DNA from: Candidatus Limnocylindrales bacterium
Lineage (GTDB): Bacteria > Chloroflexota > Limnocylindria > Limnocylindrales > CSP1-4
Length of the DNA stretch: 64,000 nt
Assembly: GCA_051306295.1 (NCBI GenBank)
Contig: JBPPMZ010000125.1
Location: 453-64,452, forward strand
Direction of reading: 5' to 3'
Shown here: positions 8,964-18,573 of the stretch, one piece after another
Layout: every line of letters starts with the position of its first letter
Numbering within the stretch: the stretch's first letter is position 1
Made by a program: the position numbers and the translations under genes
The notes under the pieces: generated by a model
What the model was told of the DNA's origin: nothing
Database searches by the model: none
The model's input: the letters and a program-made list of their open reading frames with translations, nothing else

Positions 8964-9395
8964 ATGCGGCTCGAACTCACCCGGCGTGGCGACTACGCGG
9001 TGCGCGCGATGGTCGCGCTCGCCGCGCCGCCGGCAGCGGACTGGTCGAGCGTGCCGCGCATCGCGGCCGAGATGGCCATCCCGGAGCGGTTCCTTCCACG
9101 CGTCATGCGTGACCTCGTGCGAGCCGATCTCGTCGAAGCCCGTACCGGGCGGTCCGGTGGCTACCGCCTCGCTCGGGCGGCCGCCAAGATCACCCTTCTC
9201 GACGTCATCGACGCCGTGGAGCCACCGGATGACGACCGGCGTTGCGTCCTGCGCGGGATCCCCTGTGGGTTGGATGGCCTGTGCATCGTGCACGAACCGT
9301 TCACGGATGCACGGGCGGCGCACCGCGACCGACTGGCGGCCACCTCCCTGGCGATGCTCGTGCCGGCCACCGAGTCCATGCCGCCCGGCCCATGA
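8964..9395 (+). CDS. Rrf2-family transcriptional regulator (NsrR-like by context)
   Basis: MRLELTRRGDYAVRAMVALA N-terminal wHTH typical of Rrf2. C-terminal Cys cluster CVLRGIPCGLDGLC. Sits directly upstream of nirK. Confidence 0.85.
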   Translation: MRLELTRRGDYAVRAMVALAAPPAADWSSVPRIAAEMAIPERFLPRVMRDLVRADLVEARTGRSGGYRLARAAAKITLLDVIDAVEPPDDDRRCVLRGIPCGLDGLCIVHEPFTDARAAHRDRLAATSLAMLVPATESMPPGP

Positions 9396-9439
9396 ACCAT
9401 GGGCCGGATGGCCCGTTCCGCGAGCCCGCAGATGGTGGA

Positions 9440-9470
9440 CTATTCACACACCAGATAGGTATGTGAATAG
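9440..9470. promoter_or_regulatory. AT-rich inverted repeat CTATTCACA-N13-TGTGAATAG upstream of nirK (candidate Rrf2 operator)
   Basis: Perfect 9-bp arms read from the sequence. It is the only AT-rich patch in the Rrf2-nirK spacer, 10 nt upstream of the nirK RBS GGAGG (9481-9485). Confidence 0.5.
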
Positions 9471-9491
9471 CTTGACCCGCGGAGGCCAGAC

Positions 9492-10871
9492 ATGCGCTCC
9501 AGATTCGCCCTTTCCATGGTCGTCACCCTGGCCCTCGCGGCGTGTACTGGGGCTCGGACCCCCACGTGGACGTTCGCGCCGGAACCCGCAGGTGCGCCCG
9601 TGGCCACCGGCGCTCCGTCCGCCACGAGTGCCGTCGCGGGGGGGCTACTCGGGACGATCGATCTACAGGCGTTCGACCTGGGATTCACCCCGGCGACCGT
9701 CACCGTCCCGGCGCCGGGCCGTTATGCCGTCACCCTCGACAACACCGGCGCCGTGGCGCACGACATCACATTCCCGGCCGGCGAACAGGCGGTCGCTGAG
9801 CCCGGGGCATCGGCCACGGTGGAGGTCGACGTCCCAGCCAGCGGCCTCACCTTCCTGTGCTCGATCCCAGGACACGCGGCCGGTGGGATGACCGGTACGG
9901 TCGTCGTCGAGGGCGGGGTGGCTGTCGCGTCGCCGGCGCCGGACGACCACGGCGGACCGGCCGTGGTCACAGACGTCAAGGCCGACCCGAATGCTCCCGC
10001 CCCTGTCACCTTCGATGCCACGGCACCCGCGCGTCTCGAGGGCTCGACCCACGACATCGAGCTGGTCATGACCGAGCAGGCGATGACGGTCGCGCCCGGC
10101 TTCGTCCAGATGGTCTGGACGTTCGGCGGCACCGTGCCCGGTCCGGTCATCAGGGTCAAGGTCGGTGACACCATCCGCGTCCACCTCAAGAACCCCGCGG
10201 AGAACCAGCTCTCGCACTCCATCGACTTCCATGCGAGCCAGGTGGCGTGGAACGACGAGATGACCTCCATCGCCCCGGGCGAGGAGAAGGTGTATGAGTG
10301 GACCGCGGACTACGCCGGCGTGTGGATGTATCACTGCGGGACCGCACCGGCGCTGCACCACATCGCCAACGGCATGTATGGGATGGTCATCGTCGAGCCG
10401 GCCGAGGGCCTGCCCCCCGTGGATAAGGAGTTTGCCCTGGTCCAGAACGAGTGGTATCTGGGCCCGCAGGGCGATCCGGTGGACCTGGCCAAGGCCATGG
10501 CCGCGGCGCCGGCGCCCGACTTCGTCACCTTCAACGGCGTCGCCGACCAGTACAAGGACGCTCCCCTGAAGGTCGAGACCGGGGAGCGGGTTCGGATCTT
10601 CATCCTGGACGCGGGGCCCAGCATCGACTCCTCCTTCCACATCGTCGGCACCATCTTCGATACGGTCATCAAGGAGGGGGTCGCGCTCACCAAGGGCAAC
10701 GCCGGGAACTGGGGCGCCCAGGCCGTGGACCTGTCGCCGGCCCAGGGAGCCATCGTGGAATTCACCACCGCGGAAGATGGCCTGTACCCGATCGTCACGC
10801 ACGCCTTCAACTTCGTCGGCCGAGGCGCCCTGGGCCTCGTGCAGGCGGGCGACGGGGACCCGACGAACTGA
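9492..10871 (+). CDS. nirK: Copper-containing nitrite reductase with N-terminal cupredoxin domain; lipoprotein
   Basis: Lipobox LAAC. N-terminal type-1 Cu pattern (AHDITF...CSIPGHAAGGM). NirK core motifs HSIDFHAS and YHCGTAPALHHIANGMYG. Confidence 0.9.
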   Translation: MRSRFALSMVVTLALAACTGARTPTWTFAPEPAGAPVATGAPSATSAVAGGLLGTIDLQAFDLGFTPATVTVPAPGRYAVTLDNTGAVAHDITFPAGEQAVAEPGASATVEVDVPASGLTFLCSIPGHAAGGMTGTVVVEGGVAVASPAPDDHGGPAVVTDVKADPNAPAPVTFDATAPARLEGSTHDIELVMTEQAMTVAPGFVQMVWTFGGTVPGPVIRVKVGDTIRVHLKNPAENQLSHSIDFHASQVAWNDEMTSIAPGEEKVYEWTADYAGVWMYHCGTAPALHHIANGMYGMVIVEPAEGLPPVDKEFALVQNEWYLGPQGDPVDLAKAMAAAPAPDFVTFNGVADQYKDAPLKVETGERVRIFILDAGPSIDSSFHIVGTIFDTVIKEGVALTKGNAGNWGAQAVDLSPAQGAIVEFTTAEDGLYPIVTHAFNFVGRGALGLVQAGDGDPTN

Positions 10872-12250
10872 TGCCCCGAGCCGGACTGCCCATCGTCGAA
10901 CAGGCTCCCGCCGAGACGGGAGCCTGTTGCGCGGCCTGCGCGGCAACGCCGGCGCCGGCGGCTACCGCGCGGGTCTCGCGCCCGACCATCGAACGCGACC
11001 GCGACCGACAGGTGACGATGGCCGGACTGCTGGTGACGCTCGGCTTCTTCGTGGCTGCCCTCGCCACGTGGGCCATCGGGTCGGGGGAGGGGCGCCCGGT
11101 CTGGTTGCCGCTCCACCTCGCGCTGGCGGGCGGGGCCGCCACGGCCGTGGCCTCCGTGTTGCCGTTCTTCACGGCCGCGCTGGCGGTCGCCCGGCCCGCC
11201 GCGACCTGGATCCGCGTCCTGTCCATCGCCCTCGTCGCTGGCGGTGCCGTCGCCGTCAGCGTGTCCGTCGCAGGCGGACAGCCGGGGCTCGGCGCGGTCG
11301 GGGGCTCGGCCTACATCGCGGGTGTCCTGGGCGTGGGCGTCGCCGCATTCCGACCGCTCCACGGCTCGCTCGGCACGCGTCGACGCCTCGTCGAGCGGGC
11401 CTACGCGATCGCCCTCGTCCATGTCGCCGTGAGCGCTGCTGCGGCCACCGCGCTCCTTGCCGGCTGGCTGCCGATCGCCGCGCGATGGGTCGCCTGGAAG
11501 CCGGCGCATGCGTGGCTCAACCTCGTCGGGTTCGTGTCGTTGATCATCGTGGCCACCCTCGTCCACCTGGCCCCCACCGTGGAAGGGGGCCGGATCCAGC
11601 CGCGCCGGAGCGCGACGATGGCGATCGCCGGGCTGGCGCTCGGCGTGCCGACGATCGCCATCGGGTACGTGCTGTCCGCCGACTTACTGACCCGCCTGGG
11701 CGGCGTCCTCGTTGCGGTGGGAGCCATGGCCGTCCCGGTCCATGCGCTCGTCATCTGGCGCAGCCGCGGTCGGTGGACCACCGACCCGGGGTGGCATCGC
11801 CTGACGGCCTGGAGCCTTCGGGCGGCTGGTGGCTGGTTCGCCGCGGCTGTGCTGGTCGGCGTCGGGCGACTCCTCTGGTTCGGGGCCGACCCCAGCGGAT
11901 GGTCGCTCGCCACGGTCGTGGCTCCCCTGGCCGTCGGCTGGATCATCCAGGTCGTCCTCGGATCCATGACCCACCTCCTGCCGGCGATCGGGCCAGGCGA
12001 CCAGGCCGTCCATCGAGTCCAGCGTCACCGCCTTGGGTCCCTTGCCACCGCGCGGCTGCTGGCGCTGAACCTGGGAGTCGCCGGGTTGTGGGCCGGCCAC
12101 CTGGCGGGATCCTCGGGGTTGGTCCTGGCCGGGGCGCTGGCGGTGGCGGCCGCGCTGCTCGGGGCGGTCGCGCTCGCGGTTCTCGCACTCGCTGCCGGCG
12201 GTCCGTGGCAGGCCTTTCGGCTCGCTTCATCCCAACCGTCGCGGTACTGA
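10871..12250 (+). CDS. Polytopic membrane protein translationally coupled to nirK (family not recognised)
   Basis: ATG 10871 shares its A with the nirK TGA (TGATG). N-terminal Cys-rich peptide GACCAACAA, then at least ten hydrophobic segments with intramembrane His residues. Confidence 0.7.
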   Translation: MPRAGLPIVEQAPAETGACCAACAATPAPAATARVSRPTIERDRDRQVTMAGLLVTLGFFVAALATWAIGSGEGRPVWLPLHLALAGGAATAVASVLPFFTAALAVARPAATWIRVLSIALVAGGAVAVSVSVAGGQPGLGAVGGSAYIAGVLGVGVAAFRPLHGSLGTRRRLVERAYAIALVHVAVSAAAATALLAGWLPIAARWVAWKPAHAWLNLVGFVSLIIVATLVHLAPTVEGGRIQPRRSATMAIAGLALGVPTIAIGYVLSADLLTRLGGVLVAVGAMAVPVHALVIWRSRGRWTTDPGWHRLTAWSLRAAGGWFAAAVLVGVGRLLWFGADPSGWSLATVVAPLAVGWIIQVVLGSMTHLLPAIGPGDQAVHRVQRHRLGSLATARLLALNLGVAGLWAGHLAGSSGLVLAGALAVAAALLGAVALAVLALAAGGPWQAFRLASSQPSRY

Positions 12251-12294
12251 TACTCAGTCTCGACAAGGCGCCCGATATCGGCTATCGTCGTGGC

Positions 12295-12735
12295 ATGGTC
12301 GATGCCATCCCGCTCCTCGCCGCCCTGGACCGCAGTGACTACCGCATGACCGAGCCGCGGCGGGCGGTCGCCCAGTTGATCGCCGATCGGTCGGGTCACT
12401 TCTCCGCAGCCGATCTCGTCGATGAGGCTCGCCAACGTCGACTCGCCATCGGCCGGGCGACCATCTTCCGTACCCTCGAGGTGCTCGCCGACCTCGATCT
12501 GGTCGAGCGCATCGACCTGCCGTCCGGCGAGCACGCCTATGTGGCCTGCGAGCCGAGCCACCACCACCACGTCGTGTGCTCGGGCTGCGGCAGGAGCCAG
12601 GATATCGACGACGCCGGCTTGCGGGCCGTGGTCCGCGATGTCGCCCGACGGACCGGCTTTCGCATCGACGATCATCGCCTGGAGCTGTTCGGACGATGCG
12701 CCGACTGCCTGGCGGCAGCGGAGCCCGCCGGATGA
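12295..12735 (+). CDS. Fur-family metalloregulator (Zur-like by context)
   Basis: MTEPRRAVAQLI...ATIFRTLEVLADLDLV wHTH. HHHHVVCSGCG and CADC metal sites. Overlaps the downstream ZIP gene by ATGA. Confidence 0.85.
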   Translation: MVDAIPLLAALDRSDYRMTEPRRAVAQLIADRSGHFSAADLVDEARQRRLAIGRATIFRTLEVLADLDLVERIDLPSGEHAYVACEPSHHHHVVCSGCGRSQDIDDAGLRAVVRDVARRTGFRIDDHRLELFGRCADCLAAAEPAG

Positions 12736-13484
12736 CGATCGAGGCCATCGCCGTCTCCCTGGGCGCCTTCCTGTCGGCGATGTCCGGCGGCTGGCTGGCC
12801 CTGCGCGCGGTGCGCTACGTCGGGGCGATCATCGCGGTCGGGGCCGGGATCCGGATCGGTGCCGCCTTCGTGGACCTCATCCCCGAGGCCATCGAGCACC
12901 TCGGCTCGCTCGACGCCGCGATGTTCTGGACGACCCTTGGATTCGTGTCGTTCTACGTCGTCGACAAGCTGACCAGCCTGCACGTCGGCCATGAGACGGC
13001 CGCCGAGCTGGACCACGAGGAGGCCGATCACCAGCACATCGGCGTCGTCGGTGCGGCCGGGATGGGCATCCACAGCCTGCTCGATGGTGTCGCCCTCGCC
13101 GCCGGACTGGCAGCCGGGGGCGCCATCGGGACCATCATCGCCTTCGTCGTCATCGTCCATCGATTCAGCGACGGCATCGGCGTCGTGAGCTTCCTGCTGA
13201 CCAGCCGGATGGAGCCGCGGATCGCGATGCGCTGGGTCGCCATCGTCGCCGCGGCACCGCTGGTCGGTGTGGTCATCGGGTCGCTCCTGACCGTGCCCGA
13301 GTCGGCCCTCGGCGCGATGCTGGCGTTCTTCGCCGGCTTCTTCCTGTACGTCGGTGCAGCCGAGCTCCTGCCGGAAGCGCACCGCCGCGATGGCTCGCGC
13401 TACATCGTCCTCGCGACCCTCGCTGGCGTCGCCTTGATCTACGGCTTCTCGATCTGGGTCGGCTCGGTCGGCGTGGCCCATTGA
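12732..13484 (+). CDS. ZIP-family divalent metal (zinc) transporter
   Basis: 8-TM-like profile. A His-rich loop (HETAAELDHEEADHQH) followed by HSLLDGVALA and HRFSDGIGV, typical of ZupT/ZIP. Confidence 0.85.
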   Translation: MTIEAIAVSLGAFLSAMSGGWLALRAVRYVGAIIAVGAGIRIGAAFVDLIPEAIEHLGSLDAAMFWTTLGFVSFYVVDKLTSLHVGHETAAELDHEEADHQHIGVVGAAGMGIHSLLDGVALAAGLAAGGAIGTIIAFVVIVHRFSDGIGVVSFLLTSRMEPRIAMRWVAIVAAAPLVGVVIGSLLTVPESALGAMLAFFAGFFLYVGAAELLPEAHRRDGSRYIVLATLAGVALIYGFSIWVGSVGVAH

Positions 13485-13597
13485 GGACAGTCTGACGTTC
13501 GTCCCAGGGTTGCCTGCGACCATCGTCGGACCGGGATCTAAACCTTTCCCGCGCGGCCGGGCTCGACGGAGTAGGCACTTCGCCTCCGGCTGAGGGG

Positions 13598-14524
13598 TCA
13601 GTCCGCCGTCGATGCGGCCAGAGCGGTGTCGATCTCCACGCCCGTGGGCATGCCCTCGCGAGCACCAGGGCGGGTCACGGCGAGCGACGCGGCCGCCACG
13701 GCGCGCGACGCGGCCTTGGGGAGTGTCTGGCCGTCGGCGAGGCCCGCGGCCAGGGCGCCGTTCAGGGTGTCGCCGGCGCCGACCGTGTCGATCGCGTGGA
13801 CGGTCAGGGCTGGGATGGTCAGGTCGCCGTCCGCGGTGGACAGGCGGGCACCCGCCGCACCGAGGCTGACGAGCCAGGCCGTGGTCCCGCCATGGACCGT
13901 CGACCCCGCCGCCGCCAGCACGACAGCCTCGCCCTCGTTCGGCGTGACGACGTCGGCCATGGCGACGATGGCGGCATCCAGGCCATGCGCCGGTGCCGGA
14001 TTGAGGACGGTCGTCGCCCCGCCGCGTCGGGCCGCCGCCAGGGCCGCGGCCGCGGTGCCCGTGTGGATCTCGTGGCCGACCAGCACGACGTCCAACGGTC
14101 CCGGTCGGAGCGCCGCCAACGCGTCGTCGACGTGGGAGCGCGTCAGGCGTCCGTTCGCCCCGCTGGCGACCGCGATGCTGTTCTCGCCCGCGGCGTCGAC
14201 CAGGATCAGGGCGACGCCGGTCGCGGCATCAGGCAGCGTGAGGAGGAAGGTCGTGTCGATGCCCTCGTCGTGCAGCGCGGCGCGTGCCTCGCGGCCGAAG
14301 GCGTCATCGCCGATCGCCCCGACGAGGGCCACCGTGGCTCCGAGTCGAGCCGCCGCCACGGCCTGGTTACCACCCTTCCCGCCATGGTGCTGCGAGAAGG
14401 TGCCGCCCGTCACGGTCTCGCCAGGCCCGGGCAGGCGCTCCACGTTCGCGACGAGATCGATGTTGACCGAGCCGACGACGATGACCCGCCCGGCAGGCGC
14501 GGCACCGCCTACCGCTTCACTCAC
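13598..14524 (-). CDS. rbsK: Ribokinase (PfkB family)
   Basis: GTG 14524 overlaps the upstream stop (GTGA). VIVVGSVNIDL, GGKGGNQAVAAARLG and C-terminal DTVGAGDTLNGALA motifs. Confidence 0.8.
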   Translation of the reverse strand: MSEAVGGAAPAGRVIVVGSVNIDLVANVERLPGPGETVTGGTFSQHHGGKGGNQAVAAARLGATVALVGAIGDDAFGREARAALHDEGIDTTFLLTLPDAATGVALILVDAAGENSIAVASGANGRLTRSHVDDALAALRPGPLDVVLVGHEIHTGTAAAALAAARRGGATTVLNPAPAHGLDAAIVAMADVVTPNEGEAVVLAAAGSTVHGGTTAWLVSLGAAGARLSTADGDLTIPALTVHAIDTVGAGDTLNGALAAGLADGQTLPKAASRAVAAASLAVTRPGAREGMPTGVEIDTALAASTAD

Positions 14525-15342
14525 GATCCGGTGATGAACTCGCCGCCGTCCACGCTGATGATGTCGCCGTTGATGAACTCGGTGCCGTCGCCCGACAGGG
14601 CGAGGATGGCGTTCGCGACATCCTGGGTCGTGGTCATCCGGCCATGCGGATTCCGCTTCATGGTGATGTCGATCATCGTCTGCGATTCGGGGATCTTGAG
14701 CAGTGCCGGGGTGACGGTCACGCCGGCCCGGATGCAGTTCGCCGTCGCACCCGTCCCGTGGCGGGCGAGCTCCATGGCCAGCTGGCGGATGTGCGACTCG
14801 AGGGCCGCCTTGGCCGACGACACGACCCCATACGAGGGCACGACGCGGGTCGACCCCTCGGAGGTGAGGGCGTAGATCTTCGAACCCTGACCCAGGAACC
14901 CACCGCGCCACAGGTCCTGGACCCAGTAGACGAGGCTGTTGGCCATGACGTCCTGGGTCATCTCCATCTTCTTGCGATCCGCGCCGCCCTTGGGGTCCTC
15001 GGACAGGAAGGGCACGAGCGACCCGAACGCCAGCGAGTGCATGACGACCCGCACGTAGGGATCGCGTCCGTCCGCCCGGGAGCGCTCGAACCGCTCACGC
15101 AGGGTCTCCAGGGCCGCGGCGCGCTTCTCGTCGTCGGCGGCATTCATGTTGATGTAGATCGCCTCGGACCCAGCGGCGACGATCGCGGCCTTGACCTCCT
15201 CGACGTGCGCGAGGGCGGCTCGGAAGTCGAGGTGCACCCCGAAGATCTTGTAGCCGGCCTTCGCGAGTGTGATGGCCGTGGCCTCGCCCATCCCCGATGA
15301 GGCTCCAAGGATCAGCGCCCAGCGCTCGCGGTCGTCGGTCAT
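14521..15342 (-). CDS. SDR-family oxidoreductase (enoyl-ACP reductase FabL-like)
   Basis: ALILGASSGMGEA dinucleotide motif and a YGVVSSAK (YxxxK) catalytic motif. RBS GGAGG upstream of ATG 15342. Confidence 0.8.
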   Translation of the reverse strand: MTDDRERWALILGASSGMGEATAITLAKAGYKIFGVHLDFRAALAHVEEVKAAIVAAGSEAIYINMNAADDEKRAAALETLRERFERSRADGRDPYVRVVMHSLAFGSLVPFLSEDPKGGADRKKMEMTQDVMANSLVYWVQDLWRGGFLGQGSKIYALTSEGSTRVVPSYGVVSSAKAALESHIRQLAMELARHGTGATANCIRAGVTVTPALLKIPESQTMIDITMKRNPHGRMTTTQDVANAILALSGDGTEFINGDIISVDGGEFITGS

Positions 15343-15457
15343 CTCGGGTGAGCCTCCAGGTCAGGTCGGTCGGATCGGGTCGCGTCGGGCAACGCCGGCC
15401 GAGTCTAGCAGCGACCCAAGCGCGACGACCCGGTCGCGTGCAGGTGTGCACGGTCAG

Positions 15458-16723
15458 TCAGATGACGCCACGCTCGCGAAGGCCGGCGACCTCCCTCGGG
15501 TCGTAGCCCAGGCCGGACAGGATCTCGGCGGCATGCTCGCCGAGCAGTGGCGGCGCCGTCCGGATCGACCCCGGCGTGCGCTCGAACCGGAGGGGGATCC
15601 CGACCTGACGGAGCACGCCGAGGGCCGGATGCTCGATCTCGACGGACATCTCGAGAGCCGCCGTCTCGGGCGAGTCGAAGGCGGTGACGATGTCGGTGAC
15701 CGGTCCGCACGGCACGTCCGCGGCCTCCAGAGCGGCCTGCCACGCCGTCGATCCGCGCTCACGGAACCGCGCCGCGAGGATGGGCCGCAGTGTCTCTCTG
15801 TGTTCGACCCGATCGCCGTTGGTCGCGAACCGCGCATCGGTCGCGAGATGCGACAGGTCGAGGGCGGCGCACAGCCGCGGCCACTGTCGCTCGGACCCGA
15901 CGGCCACCGCGAGCTCGCCGTCCGCCGTCGCGAAGGTCTCGTACGGGACGATGTTCGGGTGCGCGTTGCCTCGCCGGCCCGGTGCCCGGCCCGTGACGAA
16001 GGCGTTCTGGGCCTGGTTGACGAGCACGGCCAGCGTCGAGGCCAGCAACGAGGCGTCGATGCGCTGCCCGGGCGCGGACCTGACGCCGGCGCCCGGACTT
16101 GTCGAACGCTCCAGGAGTCCGGCCAGGATCCCGATCACGGCGTACAGGCCGGTCACGACGTCGCTGATCGCCACCCCGACCTTGGTCGGTGCTCCGCCGG
16201 CAACGTCGTCCTGACCCGTGATCGACATCAAGCCGCCCACGGCCTGGATGACGAAGTCGTACCCGGGTCTGGTCGCGGCCGGACCCGTCGGGCCGTAGCC
16301 GCTGATGGCCAGATGGATGAGGGCGGGTCTGAGCGTCCGCAACGCGTCGTCGTCGAATCCCAGGCGAGCCATGCCGCCCGGCCGGAAGTTCTCGATCAAC
16401 ACGTCCGATCCGGCCAGTAGTCGGCGCAGGATCTCGGCACCCTCCGGCGTCCTGAGATCCAGGCGCAGGGACCTCTTGTTGCGGTTGACCGCCAGGAAGT
16501 ACGCGGCGGTGCGCGTTCCGGCATCGTCGGAGCCGACCCACGGCGGACCCCAGCCGCGGGTGGCGTCGCCCTCCGGGGGCTCGACCTTGACCACATCCGC
16601 GCCGAGATCAGCCAGGATCATCGTCGCGTACGGTCCTGCGAGGACGGTCGAGAGGTCGATGACGCGCAGGCCGTGCAGCGGCCCGGTCGGTGGGGCCGGA
16701 TGGTCCGTCAGCTCGGGCAGCAT
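15458..16723 (-). CDS. CaiB/BaiF family III CoA-transferase
   Basis: LHGLRVIDLSTVLAGPYATMILADLGADVVKVEPPEGD N-terminal signature. 421 aa. Confidence 0.85.
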   Translation of the reverse strand: MLPELTDHPAPPTGPLHGLRVIDLSTVLAGPYATMILADLGADVVKVEPPEGDATRGWGPPWVGSDDAGTRTAAYFLAVNRNKRSLRLDLRTPEGAEILRRLLAGSDVLIENFRPGGMARLGFDDDALRTLRPALIHLAISGYGPTGPAATRPGYDFVIQAVGGLMSITGQDDVAGGAPTKVGVAISDVVTGLYAVIGILAGLLERSTSPGAGVRSAPGQRIDASLLASTLAVLVNQAQNAFVTGRAPGRRGNAHPNIVPYETFATADGELAVAVGSERQWPRLCAALDLSHLATDARFATNGDRVEHRETLRPILAARFRERGSTAWQAALEAADVPCGPVTDIVTAFDSPETAALEMSVEIEHPALGVLRQVGIPLRFERTPGSIRTAPPLLGEHAAEILSGLGYDPREVAGLRERGVI

Positions 16724-16732
16724 CCCGCCATG

Positions 16733-17437
16733 CTAGCCGCCGGCGGCCTCGCCGAGATCGCTCATGATCTGGCCCGTGAAGTCCTTCACCAGTGGGCCCT
16801 GGCCCGGGGCGACCGGCATGTCGAGCGTTTCCGGGACGCGGATGTCCTCGTCGACGGCGGTCGTGATCCAATCGATCTGCTCGCGGTTCACGACGAGCGT
16901 CCCGACCTGCCGGCGCTGGTGCGTCCCCCCCACGACGAATTCGACCCAGGCATCCGTGATGGGCACCATCGGCTTGCGACGGCGGATGGCCAGCAGCGGG
17001 TCGCTACCCGGCAGGGCGTGCAAGTAGCCGCGAACGTGATATGGGCCCAGCTGCATGGCCACGGGGTGGGGCCGCGTGCGCTGCCGCCGATTCGGGCTGC
17101 CGCGAGGGCCCGCGGCATGGACCAGCAGGATCTCGTCCCGGTGCACCAGCACGGCCTGCGCCTCGGCCGCCTCCGGCGTCTCGAGGCTCTCGACCATGAC
17201 GTCGATGAGCTCGTACTCGTCGTGGTCGTTGAGCATGTCCGACAGCCGCTCGGCAGCCAGGCGGATCCGGCCCGACAGCAGGCAGTCCTCAGCGTACGCG
17301 ACGAATTCGACGATGGGCTGGAGCGGTGCGGCCAGCTCCGTCGCGTCACCCACGGCCGGATCCGGGGCGGTCGTGCCCCCGAAGATGACGCGCAGTCGAC
17401 GGCCGAAGCTGTGGATCATGCGTGCATCGTGCTGCAT
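16733..17437 (-). CDS. Conserved-looking hypothetical protein (start uncertain: 17437, 17419 or GTG 17515)
   Basis: Coding-like composition and a good G/C third-position bias. No family recognised. Confidence 0.5.
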   Translation of the reverse strand: MQHDARMIHSFGRRLRVIFGGTTAPDPAVGDATELAAPLQPIVEFVAYAEDCLLSGRIRLAAERLSDMLNDHDEYELIDVMVESLETPEAAEAQAVLVHRDEILLVHAAGPRGSPNRRQRTRPHPVAMQLGPYHVRGYLHALPGSDPLLAIRRRKPMVPITDAWVEFVVGGTHQRRQVGTLVVNREQIDWITTAVDEDIRVPETLDMPVAPGQGPLVKDFTGQIMSDLGEAAGG

Positions 17438-17585
17438 CGGCCGCGGGGCCAAGGAGGACCCGGAGGTACCGGTTCGGGCGGACTGGTGTCCCAGTGCACC
17501 GGTGCGCGGGTGCACGTCCTGCCCGGCGGATAGCCCGAATAGGCCATGTTCGGCCGACTCGGGCCGTGGGCACTACCATCGACCG

Positions 17586-18539
17586 ATGAACGACGTCCCC
17601 GACCACGTGCCCACCTTGATGACGGTCCATGCCCACCCCGACGATGAGACGATCGGGACCGGAGGGACGATGGCCAAGGCCGTCGCCCAGGGCCGACGCG
17701 TCGTGCTCATCACCTGCACGCGCGGGGAGATGGGCGAGATCGTCGTGCCGGACATGGACACCCCGGACAACCACCGGCGACTAGGCGAGATCCGAGCTGG
17801 CGAGCTGGAGCGGGCGATGGGCGTCCTTGGCGTGACCGAGTGGGAGAACCTGGGCTACCACGACTCGGACATGATGGGCCGGGCCGGCAACGGCGATCCG
17901 CGGACCTTCTGGCAGGCCGACCTGGATGAGGCCGCCCGCCGCCTGGTCTGGATGATCCGCCGCTACCAGCCGGACGTGGTCACGACCTACGACGACTTCG
18001 GTGGGTACGGGCATCCCGACCACATCCGCGTCCACGACGTGACGGTCCGCGCCTTCCCACGGGCCGGCGACCCCGCCTGGTACCCGGAACAGCTCGCCCC
18101 GGAACATGGCGGCACGGGACCGGCGGCGGCGGGCGGCGGCCTGGCTCCATGGGCACCGGCCAAGCTCTACGAGCAGGCCATCCCGGCCTCGGTGCGCAAC
18201 GCGATGCGCGACCAGATGGAGGCGATGGGCAAGACGAGCGTCTGGTCGCCGCCGCCGGACGCGACCCCGGAGCAGCTCGCCGAGTTCGAGGCCTTCCAGG
18301 CGAAGATGCTGGTCCCCGATGAATCCGTCACCACCTGGATCGACATCAGCGGCGACCCGGTGGACCGCAAGTGGCACGCGATCCGCGAGCACGTGACTCA
18401 GATCAGCGACGAGAGCCCGTTCATGGTCTTCGGCCTGGACGGCTGGCGTACGTGGTGGGTCAGGGAAGCCTTCATCCTGCGCGAGTCCAGCGTCAAGACC
18501 GACGTTCCGGAGTCGGACGTGTTCGCGGGGATCGTCTAA
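17586..18539 (+). CDS. PIG-L family deacetylase (MshB/Mca-like)
   Basis: TVHAHPDDETIGTGGTMA and HPDH motifs of LmbE/PIG-L zinc deacetylases. ATG 17586. Confidence 0.8.
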   Translation: MNDVPDHVPTLMTVHAHPDDETIGTGGTMAKAVAQGRRVVLITCTRGEMGEIVVPDMDTPDNHRRLGEIRAGELERAMGVLGVTEWENLGYHDSDMMGRAGNGDPRTFWQADLDEAARRLVWMIRRYQPDVVTTYDDFGGYGHPDHIRVHDVTVRAFPRAGDPAWYPEQLAPEHGGTGPAAAGGGLAPWAPAKLYEQAIPASVRNAMRDQMEAMGKTSVWSPPPDATPEQLAEFEAFQAKMLVPDESVTTWIDISGDPVDRKWHAIREHVTQISDESPFMVFGLDGWRTWWVREAFILRESSVKTDVPESDVFAGIV

Positions 18540-18573
18540 GCCCGGGCCCGGCGGCCCTCGACCCGCGCCGCGC

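Noticed and set aside
12246-12283. Palindromes ACTGA-tac-TCAGT and CCGATATCGG upstream of the Fur-family gene, considered as a Zur box
   Set aside because: They do not resemble the AT-rich Zur/Fur boxes I know. The first overlaps the preceding stop codon, and short GC palindromes are expected by chance in this composition.
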